Shown here: piece by piece, positions 42,201-54,200 of the stretch | Layout of the letters: every line of letters starts with the position of its first letter | How positions within the stretch are numbered: position 1 is the first letter of the stretch | The notes under the pieces: model-generated | The model's database searches: none | Seen by the model: only the letters and a program-made list of their open reading frames with translations | What the model was told of the DNA's origin: nothing | Translations under genes and position numbers: made by a program | Origin: Antedon mediterranea | Lineage: Eukaryota; Animalia; Echinodermata | NCBI RefSeq assembly: GCF_964355755.1 | Contig: NC_092673.1 | Span: 16,216,948 to 16,280,947, forward strand | DNA length: 64,000 nucleotides | Direction of reading: 5' to 3'

Positions 42201-45200
42201 CCCGATCTTAAAGTTGTCATGCTAATAACAATTTACTAATGAAATATGTAAACTTATGTATACAAAATATGTTATAAAAGTATTTGTATTACCTTGATTC
42301 CATTCAGATATGTAAAAATATGAAATCCACATAAATTTTTTAAATGCAATACAATATAAGACATTAATTTACTTCAAAGTCACAAACAACGTTCCAAGTT
42401 CGCTCCGTACAAAAATTTACTTTCGAAATAAAAACAGTTTACAAAATCAGCTTTGCAAATCTTCTCAAAATTTTCTGGGCTTCCTTCTGTTACTTCAGTC
42501 TTCTTCTTTCAGATCTCGGTGAATATATACAGTATCTCCGATGAATATCCAGCAGTCTTGAGTAGGTACCTTGAGCTCAACAGTACTTCTTCTTCGTTGT
42601 AATATCCAAACAACGCACGGTATACAAACTGTCAGGAATCCAGATCTTCGTAACCATTTAACTTTTTGGTTACTGATTTAACAGGCCCGTAGAGTAGGCA
42701 CTGTCACTTCTTCTTCTTCTTCTTCTTGATACTTAAATCATGTAAACAAAAATTTTCACCGCTGCCACCATGTAGTGAATTTATCTTTAGTTGGTTCCGA
42801 GCTTTCTCAGGCGTATATCCACTCGACGTACACAGCTGTCGTTCCGAGCTTTCTCGGGCGTATATATTTCCACGCGACGTACACAGCTGTCACTGAATAA
42901 TAACTCATACAAAAAGTATAATTAACTCAACTAGAACTTTTATTCCTTGTAATTCGATTAATACATCTTTCTACCACTACCAGTCAAGCCTTATTATATT
43001 CTTTATCATCTTTCCGTTTATCTACTCTGATCTTATTCTCTCTTCTTCTTACTAACTATTACATTCTACTTTTATACAAGATATGCAAATTTTAGGCTTC
43101 AGAGGAGGATAACATTTTCCCTCCGAAATTTACACGATTTTGATTGGCTAATAATAAGGCGGACGTGGACTAAAGCATCCTTCTCTAATCACAGAGAATC
43201 ACAACATCAATAATATGACACATATATATCTTGTTTTTAAAATAGACTTATATATATATTATATAAAAATCATAGATAAAATCTCATTGATAAGATGATA
43301 AGTGAGGGTACCAATGCCTATTATTGTAGATAAAGGTTATATATAATAATATGATTGTTATCATGATGATGATCAAGATATGATAATGACACTCGGGCTA
43401 TATTCAGACATAGCCTCACCAGCCTTTGTAACCTACACCAGTATAAAAATATAGAAATTATTATTATATGGTAGCATTATGAACATTAACAATTTTTGCC
43501 AAGTTGTGTCTATTAATATTTCTTTTTATGAAAAATATGTGTTAAATATTTTGTATGTTACATTTTTTAGATTTACCAAGTCTTGTTAGTGAACAGTTTG
43601 AGAAACTAATGGTTGAAGAACAGAAAACAAAGCTTAAACCAGTGATTGGTGAGTTTAAGAATAGTATAAGGAGTTGTATGGTTCAATGTAACATATTGTG
43701 ATTAAAATGGTATTTCAGTAGTGGACTTGTAGTAAGAATTTCATTCATTTTGTTTATCATATATTATATAATATACAAATTCTTATAATTGCGTGCAACT
43801 TCAATAGCTTAAATTGTCCTTGGCTGTACTTCTATGATTATAAGTTTCTCAATCATGGTTCAAAATTTGGCACAAAACATTTTCAATGAGTTGAAAGATT
43901 AAGAGAATAATTTAATTGGTCAGATGTTTTGTCTTATTCTGACGTAATTGCACTGTATACTCAGTTCAATGAGAACACTTTGCGAACAAATTTAAAAGTA
44001 TTTCACAGATTGGACTCAAACCCATGACCTCCAGATTACTAGCATTGCGTATATACCTCCAGACCACCGAGCTCAGTAGTCTAAAGAGGTTTGAGTCCCA
44101 TCCACACACTCATTATAGTGTAAATATCTTTTTAAATGGTTACATATTATTTTAGTTACTGTTCATGTATTAATTACAACAGATGGCATGGTAATGATAC
44201 CACAACCAAAGTTGGCTGCAATAATATTAAAAACATGAAAAACTATTTTTGTTATAAAATTAAATAGAACTAACACTGTGCAAGTCAAGTTGAAATTAAT
44301 GAATTGAGGAAAATAGACAATCTTACATTGCTGTATATAAATTGTTCTGCTAGTTAACTTAATGACATGTTCAAATATAAGCTGTATTGTCTACTTACTG
44401 TACAGTGTTAATATAATCTTGACAATAAACATGATTTGGTACTATTTTTGTTAAGAAGTTATACTCTAAAGAGAGCTAACATTGTAAGTTTGTGATGGAA
44501 GAAAGTATAATTGTATAATGAAGGAGATTGTAACAATTACTATATAACAAACACAATTAAAATAATATTTCATTCTGCAGATCAAATGGAGTTAATTGTG
44601 GGATCCACAGGTGGAACTCTTCACCTTAAGGATGAAGACATAAAGTTGCAGATACAACCTGGAGCAATTGAAGGGGAGAAAGTTAAAGTATCTCTAGAAC
44701 ATTGTTTTGAGGAAACAGGCATGCCTGTACTTTATCCTCATGGATCAATAATATCACCTATTGTTAAATGTGGACCAGAAGGCACCAGCTTTAACAAGCC
44801 CATTTCATTGTCATTTCCACACTATGCTGTAAATGAAGAGAATTGGGAATTCACTCTACTTGTTAAAGATCGCATTCAAGATGAATGGAAACGTGATGAA
44901 AAGGACATACAGTTTACTTTAAAAAACGGTCGATGTTATATAACATTAATTCATTTCAGTTTTTATGCACTAATTGGTCATGTAAGAAATTTCTTTGGTA
45001 AGAAAAGAATGTTGTTAGGAGTTTTTGGAAAGATGCTTGCAAATGATGAATATCAACTTCAAACAAGACTTTTTAAGCCGTCAGATAAACAGGTAATTAC
45101 TATTTGTTGTTAAACTGTATTTAAATAAGGTAGTTCTTAATTTACTTACATTAACAAATATTTTCAAAATATAGATATAATAAATAGTTGTTTTGTCATA

Positions 45201-48200
45201 TTTGGTCAATAACATTAACCTAGAGTAGTTAATTTGGCATAATATTTATTCTCTTATTTTTATATACCTTAAAATTATACAGTGTACAATCATGTATTGA
45301 ATTGATTCCTGATCATTATAAAATATGCTGTAAAGAAGTAAACATGATGATTGCATTGTACACTTCCCTCATATAATTAATAAACTAATATACACAGTCA
45401 CAAATAACATTAAGTATATGTATTTCAGACGATAAAAGAAGAGCACAGTGAAATTGGTGAGAAGCCTTTAATAACACCAGTAGATATACTATCTATGTAT
45501 AAGGACATGAACATTACTGTAGCAGTATCACAACAGGAATGGAAAGTTCATGAGAAAAAAAAAGTAGGAATATCAATATTTTTAGTAGATTGGCATGGTA
45601 AAGAATTATGCATTAAACATGTTTTTGCAGGAATACCACATAACTTGAGAATTCATAATGATAATTGATCAATAAATAAAATCTCTATTGCTATCCATAT
45701 ATTTAGCATACTGGATCACGATACTGAGTTAAGATCTTTAACTCTGTCTACACTGTCAAACTAGTTTGACAAAAAAAGTGTGATATATACAAATATGGTA
45801 GTGATATGCCCAAAAATGGTAGTGATATGACATCATCTTGTCCATATATAGGCACATTTGTTAGACAGAGCTTTAGAATAAAAATGCTGTCTTTTGATTA
45901 GTCTCGTTGGAGGATGCACACTTTTTAATTGCAGTTAGCCATTTTTATATTTCTCATTGAGAGAAAAACTTTTTGAATGAAAGCATTATCATAACATATA
46001 ACACATAACATTATAAACAAAATTATTTTAAAAAAATGTATTCACCAAAGCAATCAATTTAACTACAGTGCCTTTGAGCTGTAACTTTTTATCTCCTGGC
46101 TCCTTTTTTCCCTTAGACTGTCACTGCTGAATACCTATGGCGTGGAACACCATTGCAGAATTTTCTTTTAAAAAGAGGTAATTCATTAGCAAATGTCCTA
46201 AAGGCAACAGTATCACTGTCACAAGAGTCAAATGATATTGATCCAGTGGAAGTGAATTGTAAGTATTTAAAATGCAACAACAATTAAAGTCTAAATTTAG
46301 AATGATTGTAATAAATAAAATGTACTATTCAAATACGGTAATCAGACATTACCATCCATGACAATAACCACCCATTATTGACTGTACCAATGTTAGAATA
46401 TGAGGTGGAAACAATGTAGGTGTTGGCTTGTTTTTTATCTAGCACTACAATACACTTTGGTTACATTGCTAGTTCCTAAAACACCTTAATTCTTTCGCAT
46501 ATCAAGCAGAGGATTTTTATTTCGAATATCGGTTGGGTGTTTTTTTTTCTAATTCTTACAGATTTTCTCATCTTAATTTTTTTATATTATTTAATTTCCA
46601 GTATAATATTACTAGTCAAGTTTTTCTATATATATATTCACTATATATAAATCTGGTTTCTTTTTTTATTGAAAAAATGATTAAATATTTTATTTGTTAT
46701 AGGTGATGTTGAGACATCAGGACCAAATCCAGGTATGTTATATTAATTGTGGTAATGATTAAGTCTGTTTTCACTTTGACCAGAGAAAAGGCATAAGCCA
46801 ATACGTCTGAGGCAGATACTAGATGCAAGGGCTGCCAGCAGTTCTGATTTTAAATGCTTATGGGATCCCAACTCCCAGACGGTCTCCCATCCAAGCTCCA
46901 ACCGGGTCCAACGTTGCTTAACTTTGGTGATCAGACAAGAAAACCAGTGTTTCAACATGATAAGGCCGTATCATATCATGTAGTGCATGAACAAACAAAA
47001 AACAGACTACAATTTGTAGAATTTAATTCACCACCATTTCTATGGAAAATTATACAATAAAGAGTGCCCTTAAGCACCATTTTGTCTGGCACTATTAGCC
47101 ATATTTTATCAACTTTACAGGTTATATTCCGACCAATGTGAATAGTTTTATGGTAAGCGCCGGCAGGCATCTATACCGCATTTTGCCAGCATGACTATGA
47201 AAATTTTTAGACCATGATACATTATAGCAAATATATTTACTGTAATTTTTAGCTAATTTGTTCATCCCATGCTGGTACAGGTGTTCCTCCCAGTACAGGT
47301 GTGTCTTCAGGTGCAGGTGTGTCTTCAGGTACAGGTGTGTCTTCAGGTACAGGTGTTCCTTCCAGTACAGGTGTGTATTCTGGTGCAGGTGTGTCTTCTT
47401 GTACAGATAAACAAAATTTTCAAAACTTTCTTTTATTTAAAAGTCGAAGATAGCCAGGTCTCGGGTCCATTCTGTTGTCGTCACAGATTGATATCTTCAT
47501 CAGTACTAATATGAATGGATGATTAGGTGGGAACACGAACGCTAGTTGATCATACCCAGTACCGTTTGATCGTACGATTAATCGGGAAACCTCCTCACGA
47601 TATATATACTATATTCTATATAATAACATTAAAATGTTTACTTTTCTTGTCACAGTTACATAGTAATATTTTTAGTTAATGGTTATAGTTACTCAATAAT
47701 AGTATAATTGTTTGTTGCAGAAACAAGAAATCCATTGGAAGACAAGTTCAACAAGTTAAATTATGATCTCAGTGAAGTATTTATGAAGTATCAGAAAAGA
47801 TATTATTTTTTGAGATGTTGTCTCTCTGAGCACATTGCATTACAGGTCCTTGGCAATAGAGATTGCATAGCAAATGATTATTTCAATGAACTCTCTGAGA
47901 AAGGATATATCAAACCAACTGATGTTGGTCTTTTGCTAAATATTGCAGAATTATCAGAAATTCGGGAAGCTAGAAATGTTGTAGCACAGTATATGAGAGA
48001 CAACAATGTTAAAAATACTGATAGACATAAGTTGTCCCCATATAGGAAAAGATTGTGCAAGGCATTGACAGAGTTTAACCCAAATGAAATCAATAAGATT
48101 AATGCTTTTTATCAATTGGAATTATCAACCATTTGGGATGTTACATTTGAGTTAGAGAGCAACAACAAATTAGTAGATGAATCACAGAGAAAGGTTTTTG

Positions 48201-51200
48201 CCTACATTCTTGGACCAATTCCTAAGAAGATACTTGGTATGTACAATATTTTTTGTGTTATGTAAACATGCTCTAAAATAATTGTCTATAGAGTAGGTGT
48301 TGTTAATAAAAATATTAGTTTTTATGAAAAGATTTTGCTGGTGGCCTTTATTTTACACTGACAATCTGTATTGATAAGAAAATACTAAAAGTACAGTACA
48401 TTTTCTCACATCAGATCAGACCATATGTTTTAGTATGTGGCTGCCTTGAATGAAAACTTCAAAACTATTGCAGAGAAATTCATTTTTAATGCTAATTTAT
48501 TTTAAAAAAATAAACAACAGACAAAATAGCTAATAGTATTATTAAAGACACCTTCCCTACAATTTGTGACGTTTTGTAAAAATAATACATACATATTACT
48601 TTAAAAACATTAAACCAGGTCATTCCTTGTCGTAAATGTACGTTTTATGGTAAATTATGATAAAAAGTGAGAAACAATGCACTACCTAAGTAGCTCGCGG
48701 CGATGACCTCTCGTGGACCACGGTCTTTAGGCCTAGCCTAGCTAGGCTTAGTTTTGTAGGCCTAGCTGGTAAACATCGGTAACGTACGAACATCGTACGC
48801 TAGCTATATACCTAGCCTGACGTTGTATAGTTAAAGCATTAATTGTCTTTCTATTTTTGCCACATAGACCAGGCGCCCGGAAGATTTATTCATGTGAAAT
48901 GATACAAAAGGTTTGATGATGTAGTTAGGTGCGTATTAGGGTGAGATGCAATATTCTTCATTGCTGCCGGGTCACAGCCTGTACAATGGGCCTGTGGGGA
49001 TCATAACATAGGGGGGTAAAAATGCATTTATTCATGTTAAGCGATACAAGGATAAACTTTTTTGGATATCATTCGCAGTGGGCTACTAATGATTACATCA
49101 CCAATAACAGCAACTTTATCCTGTACGGGGCGCCAACGGGGGCGCCAAACAGCAACATTTTAGGGCCACGCCCAAATGGGTTTATTCATGTGAAGCGATA
49201 CAAGGTTGAATCTTTATTTAATGGCAGCAGTACATATTGGGGATGACAAAAACACCAATGACAGCAACTTTATCCTGTACATAAGCTCAGACAGCAGCCC
49301 TAAAGGTCCGCAGTTTCCCCCTATTCGGCTATATACTCGGCGCGTATGTCGTCTTATGGCGTTCAGCTGAGTTAGAAATACGTGATACGGACTCGGACTG
49401 ACAATAAATGCACAGTAGAATGATAAAACAATAAATAAAGAGAGCAGTTGTTTGCTGTACCAAATCATCAAACATCAAACTCTTAGGAACTCGCCCAAAA
49501 TGGGTTTATCCATGAAGTATGAATCATTAAAAAAAAAATGTTGTTTTTTTCACTTTATCCGGTACACAGCAGCTCAAATGCCCGAGGCTCCATTCGTGAT
49601 CAACAATGTCGATAATACAAACACATTCACGATAACGAGTGACTTTTATTTTAAAATTTAAATATATTATTATATTATTTTGGAATAATAAATAACACCA
49701 ACAAAAACACTTAAAATAACCAACAGCAGATTTGTATTTTAGGGTAACATTTTGAACAATCAATTTTATATAAAAATCAATATTTCGATCAAAATAATAT
49801 AATTTAAAAATATTTTTCAGATAAACTAAATAATTACACTCATAATGATCGATACCGGTACCTATTATTGTACATTATTATTATAACTCGATTTAAATAT
49901 TGTTTTAATTACACACTAGACACTATAGTGATATGTCTATATGAAAAGAGGCAACGAAATTTAAATTTGCAACATTTTTTAACATAACATAACATAATAG
50001 TAGAGTAAAGAATAGTTTGAATTCAACATAATCACTTGGAGAATTGGTAAGGTATAGATTAGACTATCGATTGCACACTATTACTGTATTTTAAACTCAA
50101 TTTAAATTAAAAAAAGTAACCGTTTTCATGTGAATTAGACTGATAAAAACCAAAAAAAAACTTAATCTGCCAACATTTTAAGCATCGTTACTTGTCCATA
50201 ATGAATTGACTACTGTATTTTTTGACAACTGGAAAAAAGAAATTCAAGAAGATCACCTGTTCGTCATTTCCACCATGTGAAATCACAATCACACAGCATC
50301 TGTTGAGGGCAAATTATGTATCTATTATGTGGATACACGCTCATACTTTTCAGCCAACACAAAACTTACAGTGACCCATTAAACTATGGATGGGTTGATA
50401 ATGGTGATGGAAGGCATGTACCTAAATGGTTTAATGGAAATGCTCTACCAGATACGTTGACTAGTGATCCACACTCGGAACAAAGTGCTGAATCAAACAC
50501 AGTTCTTGACGATACTGATCCAAGAATATTGGAACAAAGTGATGATGAAGAACTTGAAATAATAGATTTTGAAGCTGAAATCGATGATGACCAACCTTGG
50601 AGTCACGTGATGACAGTGAAAGTGACTGTGATGATGACGAATAGATAAACTCAAAAGATTTTAAAAAGAAAATCCAATAGCCCCTATTGGTTTTATTATA
50701 TCGTGTATTCTGTTTAGCTAGTAACAATGGAATATGATGAATGTATTCAGTTATTTAATGCATACAGCCAGTAACCTCAATGTCTTTGCTCAATTGTGCT
50801 TATACAGTGTATTCGACCTGGGTTCAGTTAGAGAAAAATAATGTGCAATAATCAATACAGTAGTCGATTCATTGTTGATAAGTAACGATATTTAATTGTG
50901 TCCAGTATTATTAATGTTGAGTTTTATCAGATATCACTTTCTTATGTTAGTTAGTAAAATAATGTGCAATAATCAATACATTAGTCGATCCATTGTGGAT
51001 AAGTAACGATATTTAATTTGGTTCACTATTATTAATATTAATTAATGTTGCCTTTTATCAGATATCACTGTATAATGTTAGTACAGTAACAATTTTAAAT
51101 TTGAATTGGACAGTTATAGTAAAATAATGTGCAATAATCGATACAGTAGTCGATCCATTATGGATAAGTACCGATATTTAATTTGGTTCTGAGTATGTTG

Positions 51201-54200
51201 CATTTTATCAGATATCACTGTCTAATGTTAGTATAGTAACAATTTTAAATTTGACTAGGGCAGTTATAGTAAAATAATGTACAGTAATCAATACAGTAGT
51301 CGATCCATTATGGATAAGTAACGATATTTAATTCGATTCAGTTTTTTGCATTTTATCAGATATCACTTTCTTATGTTAGTTAGGAAATAATGTGCAATAA
51401 TCAATACAGTAGTCGATCCATTGTGGATAAGTAACGATATTTAATTCGATTCAGTTTGTTGCATTTTATCAGATATCACTTTCTTATGTTAGTTAGTAAA
51501 TAATGTGCAATAATCAATACAGTAGTCGATCCATTGTGGATAAGTAACGATATTTAATTTGGTTCAGTATTATTAATATTAATTAATGTTGCCTTTTATC
51601 AGATATCACTGTCTAATGTTAGTACAGTAACAATTAAAAGTTTGACTTTGGTTCAGTTAAAGTAAAACAATGTGCAGTAATCGATACAGTAGTCGATCCA
51701 TTATGGACAAGTAACGATGTTTAAAATGTTGGCAGATTAAGTTATTTGTTGGTTTTTATCAGTCTAATTCACATGAAAACGGTTACTTTTTAAAAATTTA
51801 AATTGAGTTAAAAATACAGTAATAGTGTGCAATCGATAGTCTAATCTATACCTTACCAATTCTCTAAGTGATTATGTTGAATTCGAACTATTATTTACTT
51901 TACTATTATGTTATGTTATGTTAAAAAATGTTGCAAATTTAGATTTCGTTGCCTTTTTTTATATACACATATCACTAAGTGTCTAATTAAAACAATATTT
52001 AAATCGAGTTATAATAATAATGTACAATAATCGGTACCGGTGTCGATCATTATGAGTGTAATTATTTAGTTATCTGAAAAATATTCTTAAATTATATTAT
52101 TTTGATCGAAATAATGATTTTGATATAATATTGATTGTTCAGAATGTTACCCTAAAATACAAATCTGCTGTTGGTTATTTTAAGTGTTTTTGTTGGTGTT
52201 ATTTATTATTCCAAAATAAAGATATATTTCAATTATAAAATAAAAGATCGTGAATGTGTGGGCATTTGAGCTGCTGTGTACCGGATAAAGTGAAAAAAAA
52301 CATTTTTTCAAAAATGATTACACACTTCATGGATAAACCCATTTTGGGCGAGTTCCTAAGAGTTTGATGTTTGATGATTTGGCACAGGAAACAACTGCTC
52401 TCTTTATTTATTGTTTTAGCATTCTACTGTGCCGAGTCCGTATTTCTAACTCAGCTGAACGCCATTAGACGACATACGCGCCGAGTATATAGCCGAATAG
52501 GGGGAAACTGCGGACCTTTAGGGCTGCTGTCTGAGCTTATGTACAGGATAAAGTTGCTGTCATTGGTGTTTTTGTCATCCTCAATATATACTACTGCCAT
52601 TAAAAAAAGATTCAACCTTGTATTGCTTCACATGAATAAACCCATTTGGGCGTGGCCCTAAAATGTTGCTGTTTGGCGCCCCGTACAGGATAAAGTTGCT
52701 GTCATTGGTGATGTAATCATTAGTAGTCCACTGCGAATGATATCCAAAAAAGTTTATCCTTGTATCGCTTCACATAAATAAATGCATTTTTACCCCCCTA
52801 TGTTATGATCCCCACAGGCCCTATGTACAGGCTGTAACCCGGCAGCAATGTCAAATATTGTTTCTCGCCCTAATACGCACCTAACTACGTCATCAAACCT
52901 TTTGTATCTTTTCACATGAATAAATCTTCCGGGCGCCCGGTCTAACACTCCGTTGATACAAATTGAGGAAAACTCGGTATTTTCGCTGAAAAGTTAGGAG
53001 TCTTCCATTTGTTTTGGCCTCACGATCGATCGAAAAGTGGGTGAATTACATACGAAAAACAAAAATATCAATCCGCGCGCAATGCATTTTGCGATTTATA
53101 GCGGGCCGCTATAATTAATAGAATCGGCTTATTTTTCACATTTTTAATCATTTAAAGACGAAAAAAGTTATCGCAATAGGACCATATAGTATTAACATTA
53201 AATATAGTTTGAGATCTTAAATTAGATCTAAAAAATGTAGGGAAGGTGTCTTTAATGTCACCAAGTTGATTTAATGATAGATGATACCACACATACTGAC
53301 ATGAAATTATTAAAATATTAAAAAAAAATCGTATCTCTTCACAGATGAGCAAGACGATACAGCGACTACTACACAAGCCAGTGAACAAGGTATGATCCAT
53401 TGATGATACAGTCAAGTGTATCTATATATAAATTTACGTAAGGGCAAAATTAGGTAAATCGCGCGTTATTTCTAGAATGTTTACTCGATGGTATATAAAG
53501 TTGGTTCGTACTTTCGGTAATGATTTTAACCACCTGATGTAACCCTGTTTACTAATTAAATTGAGTTCGATAATTAGTTATTGACGATTAAAACGAATTT
53601 AGGTTCCACGATTTGCCCCAAATAGGGGTGTTTTTCGATCGTGGTATACACTGTCTAATGGATGTCCGTCTTGAAAAATACGAGGATGCTTCGCATTTTC
53701 CTATCTCCTCCTACGATAATTGTTTTTAATGGCTGAAAACCGGTTGAACAGCTCGAGTACAGCATCATAATGTTGAAGACAGGCCGATTTTCTTTAAAAA
53801 AATACTATTTTGATAGATTTAATATACGTTTATATAAATGTATTGATTTGCGATGAATGGAACATTCCAATCTCTGTTCCACAAGTGTCTATTCCCTCAG
53901 GCGTCGTAAAGGCAAGTACTGTATACTCATAACAGAAAAAATTCGATCCATTTTTTTTTTCAATCTGTGCTGCAGAGGTTGGATATACATTTTTTTAAAC
54001 GGATAATGAGCTAGCGTTTTCACTCGCCGTATATTATGTACAAATCGTTATTATTGCAGTTAATTCACCCTTCCCTCACTGGCATGAGTAGCGTTGTAAA
54101 ACCAGTAGAGGATAGGCCTACGGTACATCACATGCCCTAAACGCAGAACAACTTTGGTGGGTAGGGTAGGAACCAACTTAAGTATGAATTGGCTCTAAGA

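Larger units (their letters stand above)
37088..43220 (-). mobile_element. Full-length Ty3/gypsy LTR retrotransposon, Gmr1-type (PR-IN-RT-RH order)
   Basis: 450-bp LTRs 37088-37537 and 42771-43220 (TG...CA, identical by eye), 5-bp TSD CATAT, PBS TGGTGGCAGCGGTG complementary to a tRNA-Leu 3' end (42757-42770), purine tract next to the 3' LTR. Confidence 0.97.
48546..53251. mobile_element. Kolobok-type non-autonomous element (hosts the Academ-like insertion)
   Basis: TTAA TSD (48542-48545, 53252-53255) and 16-bp perfect TIR AGACACCTTCCCTACA. Confidence 0.85.

Noticed and set aside
40467-42239. Plus-strand ORFs overlapping gag/pol
   Set aside because: Antisense shadows of the retrotransposon ORFs.
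3145-48236. Calling the gene canonical ankyrin (ANK1/2/3) or UNC5
   Set aside because: Repeats are near-identical recent duplicates, there is one ZU5 rather than two, the death fold looks like tandem DED rather than DD, and no Ig/TSP/transmembrane exons are seen.
49214-52661. Pair of similar ORFs (49214-49471 minus, 52371-52661 plus)
   Set aside because: Mirror images from the two TIR arms of the Academ-like element.
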